A stretch of 64,000 bases of DNA from Chiloscyllium plagiosum (taxonomy: Eukaryota). Of the stretch, positions 61,152 to 64,000 are shown piece by piece (positions within the stretch are counted from its first letter, which is position 1; each line of letters opens with the position of its first letter). The position numbers and the translations under genes are program-made. The notes beneath the pieces were generated by a model, which was not told the origin of the DNA, ran no database searches, and saw only the letters and a list, made by a program, of their open reading frames with translations. The stretch is taken from assembly GCF_004010195.1 (NCBI RefSeq), contig NC_057712.1:35968446-36032445 (forward strand). The letters run 5' to 3'.

Positions 61152-61157
61152 AATAAA
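61152..61157 (+). terminator. Polyadenylation signal (RBM34)
   Basis: AATAAA followed by GT/T-rich 'gttcgtgtttatttg'. Confidence 0.75.
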
Positions 61158-61239
61158 ATATTTTCCTAGAGTTCGTGTTTATTTGCTCTCTTCCACCTCC
61201 CCCTTATTTAAAAAAGGCTAGGATCAGTTTGATCAGTAG

Positions 61240-61870
61240 CAGTCCTCTGGGCCACAGGGGTCAGGGCTGGGCCCTCAACTCTTTATTTATACAAGTGATT
61301 TAGAGGAAAGGACAGGGAATATGATAACTAAATTTGCTGATGACACAAAGATAGGAAGAAGAGTTGTGAAGAGGACACAAGGGAGCCTACAAAGGGATGT
61401 AGGCTCCGTTAAGTGAGTGATCAGCGATCTACCAAATGGAATATAATATAGGAAAATGTGAATGTCTGTTTTGGCAGAAAGAAAATAGAAATGTAGTCTA
61501 TGTATGGAAGCATACATGATCTCAATGATGAGAGGATGCAGAAAGATATGTCTTGTAATGAGTTAATTAGGTTGCAGGTACTGCTGGCAATCTGGAAAGT
61601 TAAGAGAATGTTATGTTTTATGACAAGGGGGAATTGAATGCAAGAAGGTGGTTATGTTTCTGGAGTTGAGATGAGTCAGAGGTGACTTAACTGGAACGTG
61701 TAAGATCCTGAGAGGACTTGACCAAGTGGACATGGAGAGGATGTTTCCTCTTGGAAGGATCTAGAACTAAGGGTTACAGTTTTTTAAAAAAAGGGGGCTC
61801 CATTTCGGACAAAGAGAATGTGTTCCCGAGGGTCGAGGATCTTCGGAATTTATTTAAAAGGCAGTAGTTG
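61240..61870 (+). mobile_element. Old CR1-like LINE fragment
   Basis: QGSGLGPQLF, KFADDTKIG and RGDLTGT.KIL motifs. Confidence 0.8.
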
Positions 61871-62009
61871 CAGACATTTTAAGGTAGCGGTGGACGGAGG
61901 CATGTTAGGAGGAGAGCTGATGTAATCTCGGTAAATAATGGAGCAGGTTTGAAGGACATAGTTACCTCCTCTTGTTGGTGTATTTGCCCTCTGGGAGGGG
62001 AGGAAGAAG

Positions 62010-62352
<343 letters not shown>

Positions 62353-62364
62353 TGACCGGGAATG

Positions 62365-62575
62365 ACCCCGGGGTGGGGGGCCGTGTCTGTCACCGCCCGG
62401 GGGGGCCTCACGTGTCACCGCGCGCCCGGGGGGGGGGCCGCACGTGTCACCGCGCCCCCGGTGGGGACGGGGGCCCGCACGTGTCACCGCGCGCCCGGGG
62501 GGGGGGGGGGGCCGCACGTGTCACCGCGCCCCCGGGGGGGTGGGGGGGCCTCACGTGTCACCAGGCCATGGGGGC
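62365..62575. repeat. GC-rich 32-37-bp tandem repeat with CACGTG and G-runs
   Basis: Unit cacgtgtcaccgcgc(g/c)ccgG(n)cc; CACGTG at 62409, 62441, 62478, 62515, 62552. Confidence 0.93.
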
Positions 62576-62709
62576 GGGCAGACCTCCTACCGATGGGCCG
62601 CATGGCCTCCTCTCTCCATGGAGCGGGCGGCTCAGGCACCAGCGGCCCGGGACACAACAGCCGGCCCTCCCTCCCGCTGCACCGACAGAACATGGGAAAG
62701 TGGAACTGG

Positions 62710-63600
62710 ACCACCCTCTGTGTAAAACATTTGCCCCTCATGGGTTTTTTTTTGATATATGAGGGAAAATACAACTTCCATTAACCCAATCTATGCCCCT
62801 CATTATATTATCTTCTGTAAAGTCACCTCTGGGCTTCCTACACTCCAGTGAAAAAAATTCCCAGCCTTTCTTTATAACTCAGACCTTCCATACCCAGCAG
62901 CATCCTGGTAAATCTCTTCTGAACCCTCTCTAGCTTAATAATATCCTTCCTATAACTGGGCAACCAGACCTCGACCCAGTATTCCAAAAGAGGCCTCCGC
63001 AACATCCTGTACAACTTCAACATGACTTCCCCACTCTTATATGTTCAGAGGACTGAGCAATAAATACTAGTATGCTAAATGTCTTTTTTGACCACCCTCT
63101 CTATATGTGATGCAAACTTTCAAGAATTATATGCCTGAACCCCTCGGTCCTTTTGTTCTACAATACTACCCAAGGCCTTACCATTAATTGTAAAAGTCCT
63201 ACCTCACTTGTTGTACCAACAAGCTCTTTTATCCATGTTTGAACCAAGGCTGTGATGGGGTCAGGAGCTGATTGGCCCTGGCGGAACCCAAACTGGGTGT
63301 CGCTCAACAGATACTGCTTGATAACACTGTTGATAATCCCTTCCATCACTTTACTGATGATCGAGAGTGGACTGATGGGGTGATAACTCACCAAGTTTTA
63401 CTTGTTCTTTTTGTGTCCAGGATTTTCCATATTGTCAAGTAGACGTCTGTGAGAGCTGACTGAAACAGCTTGGTTCATGGCTGAGTTAGTTATGGAGCAC
63501 AAATCTACAGTACTATTGCCAGATGTTAGTACGGTGGACTTTGCAAGTTTGACAGGGATGGATTTGTTGTTTGTTGTTTCCAGTGCCCAGGTTGATGCAA
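62710..63600 (-). mobile_element. LINE fragments (CR1-like 62710-63205; second family 63220-63600)
   Basis: RPLLEYWVEVWLP and YHPISPLSIISKVMEG...QFGFRQGQS motifs. Confidence 0.88.
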
Positions 63601-64000
63601 AGTGGTCTGTCAAGTTTAATTTATTTCTTTAGACTTTTCAATCATTTCGTACAATTGAAAGGTTTGCCAGGCCATGTCAGAAGGCAGCCAAGAGTCTGGA
63701 GTAGTTGTGGGTCTGGAGTTAGTTGTAGGTCAGACCAGTTAAGGATGACAGATTTCCTTCCCTAAGGATCATTAGTGAACCAGATGGGCTTTTACATTAA
63801 TTGCTTATCATTTCATTGTCACTGAGACTAGCTTTTATTTCCTGATTTAATACTTAATTGAAATTCCACCAGCTGTTATGGTGAGATTTGAGCACATCAG
63901 CAAAGCATTAGCCTGAGCATCTGGATTATTAGATCAGTGATGTTACCTCTTACGTTTTACCTTCCCTTCTCATTGCAAAATCAAGTCCACGCATAAATGT

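Noticed and set aside
62686-62776. Possible H/ACA snoRNA (SNORA14 lies in TOMM20 intron 1 in mammals): two hairpins, AAAACA and ACA
   Set aside because: The core (caccctctgtgtaaaacatttgcccctc) is the reverse complement of the CR1 3' region, and I see no similarity to SNORA14. The snoRNA may lie beyond the window.

Overview
Vertebrate genomic DNA, most likely a shark. It is rich in HE1-like tRNA SINEs, HER1/CR1-like LINEs, Deu-domain SINEs and Penelope-type elements, with a 500-N gap at 23961-24460. Right of the gap, three genes run in tandem on the + strand in the order of human 1q42.3. These are the last four coding exons and 3' UTR of ARID4B (29473-~37270), a complete 11-exon RBM34 (ATG 46369, stop 60834, 414 aa from my exon join) and exon 1 of TOMM20 (62206-62326). 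Left of the gap I found no ARID4B exon. Instead, islands of unique sequence between repeats read as phase-compatible minus-strand exons (about 20157 down to 827) with premature stops. This suggests an unidentified decayed multi-exon gene; it is a hand reconstruction that I could not assign to a family. Other signals: three families of short elements carrying minimal hammerhead-ribozyme cores, several with target-site duplications; a perfect 25-bp-stem hairpin in RBM34 intron 6; an E-box/G-run tandem repeat in TOMM20 intron 1; and a stop-free 17-bp minisatellite. Most ORFs in the track are repeat-derived. Repeat boundaries are approximate.
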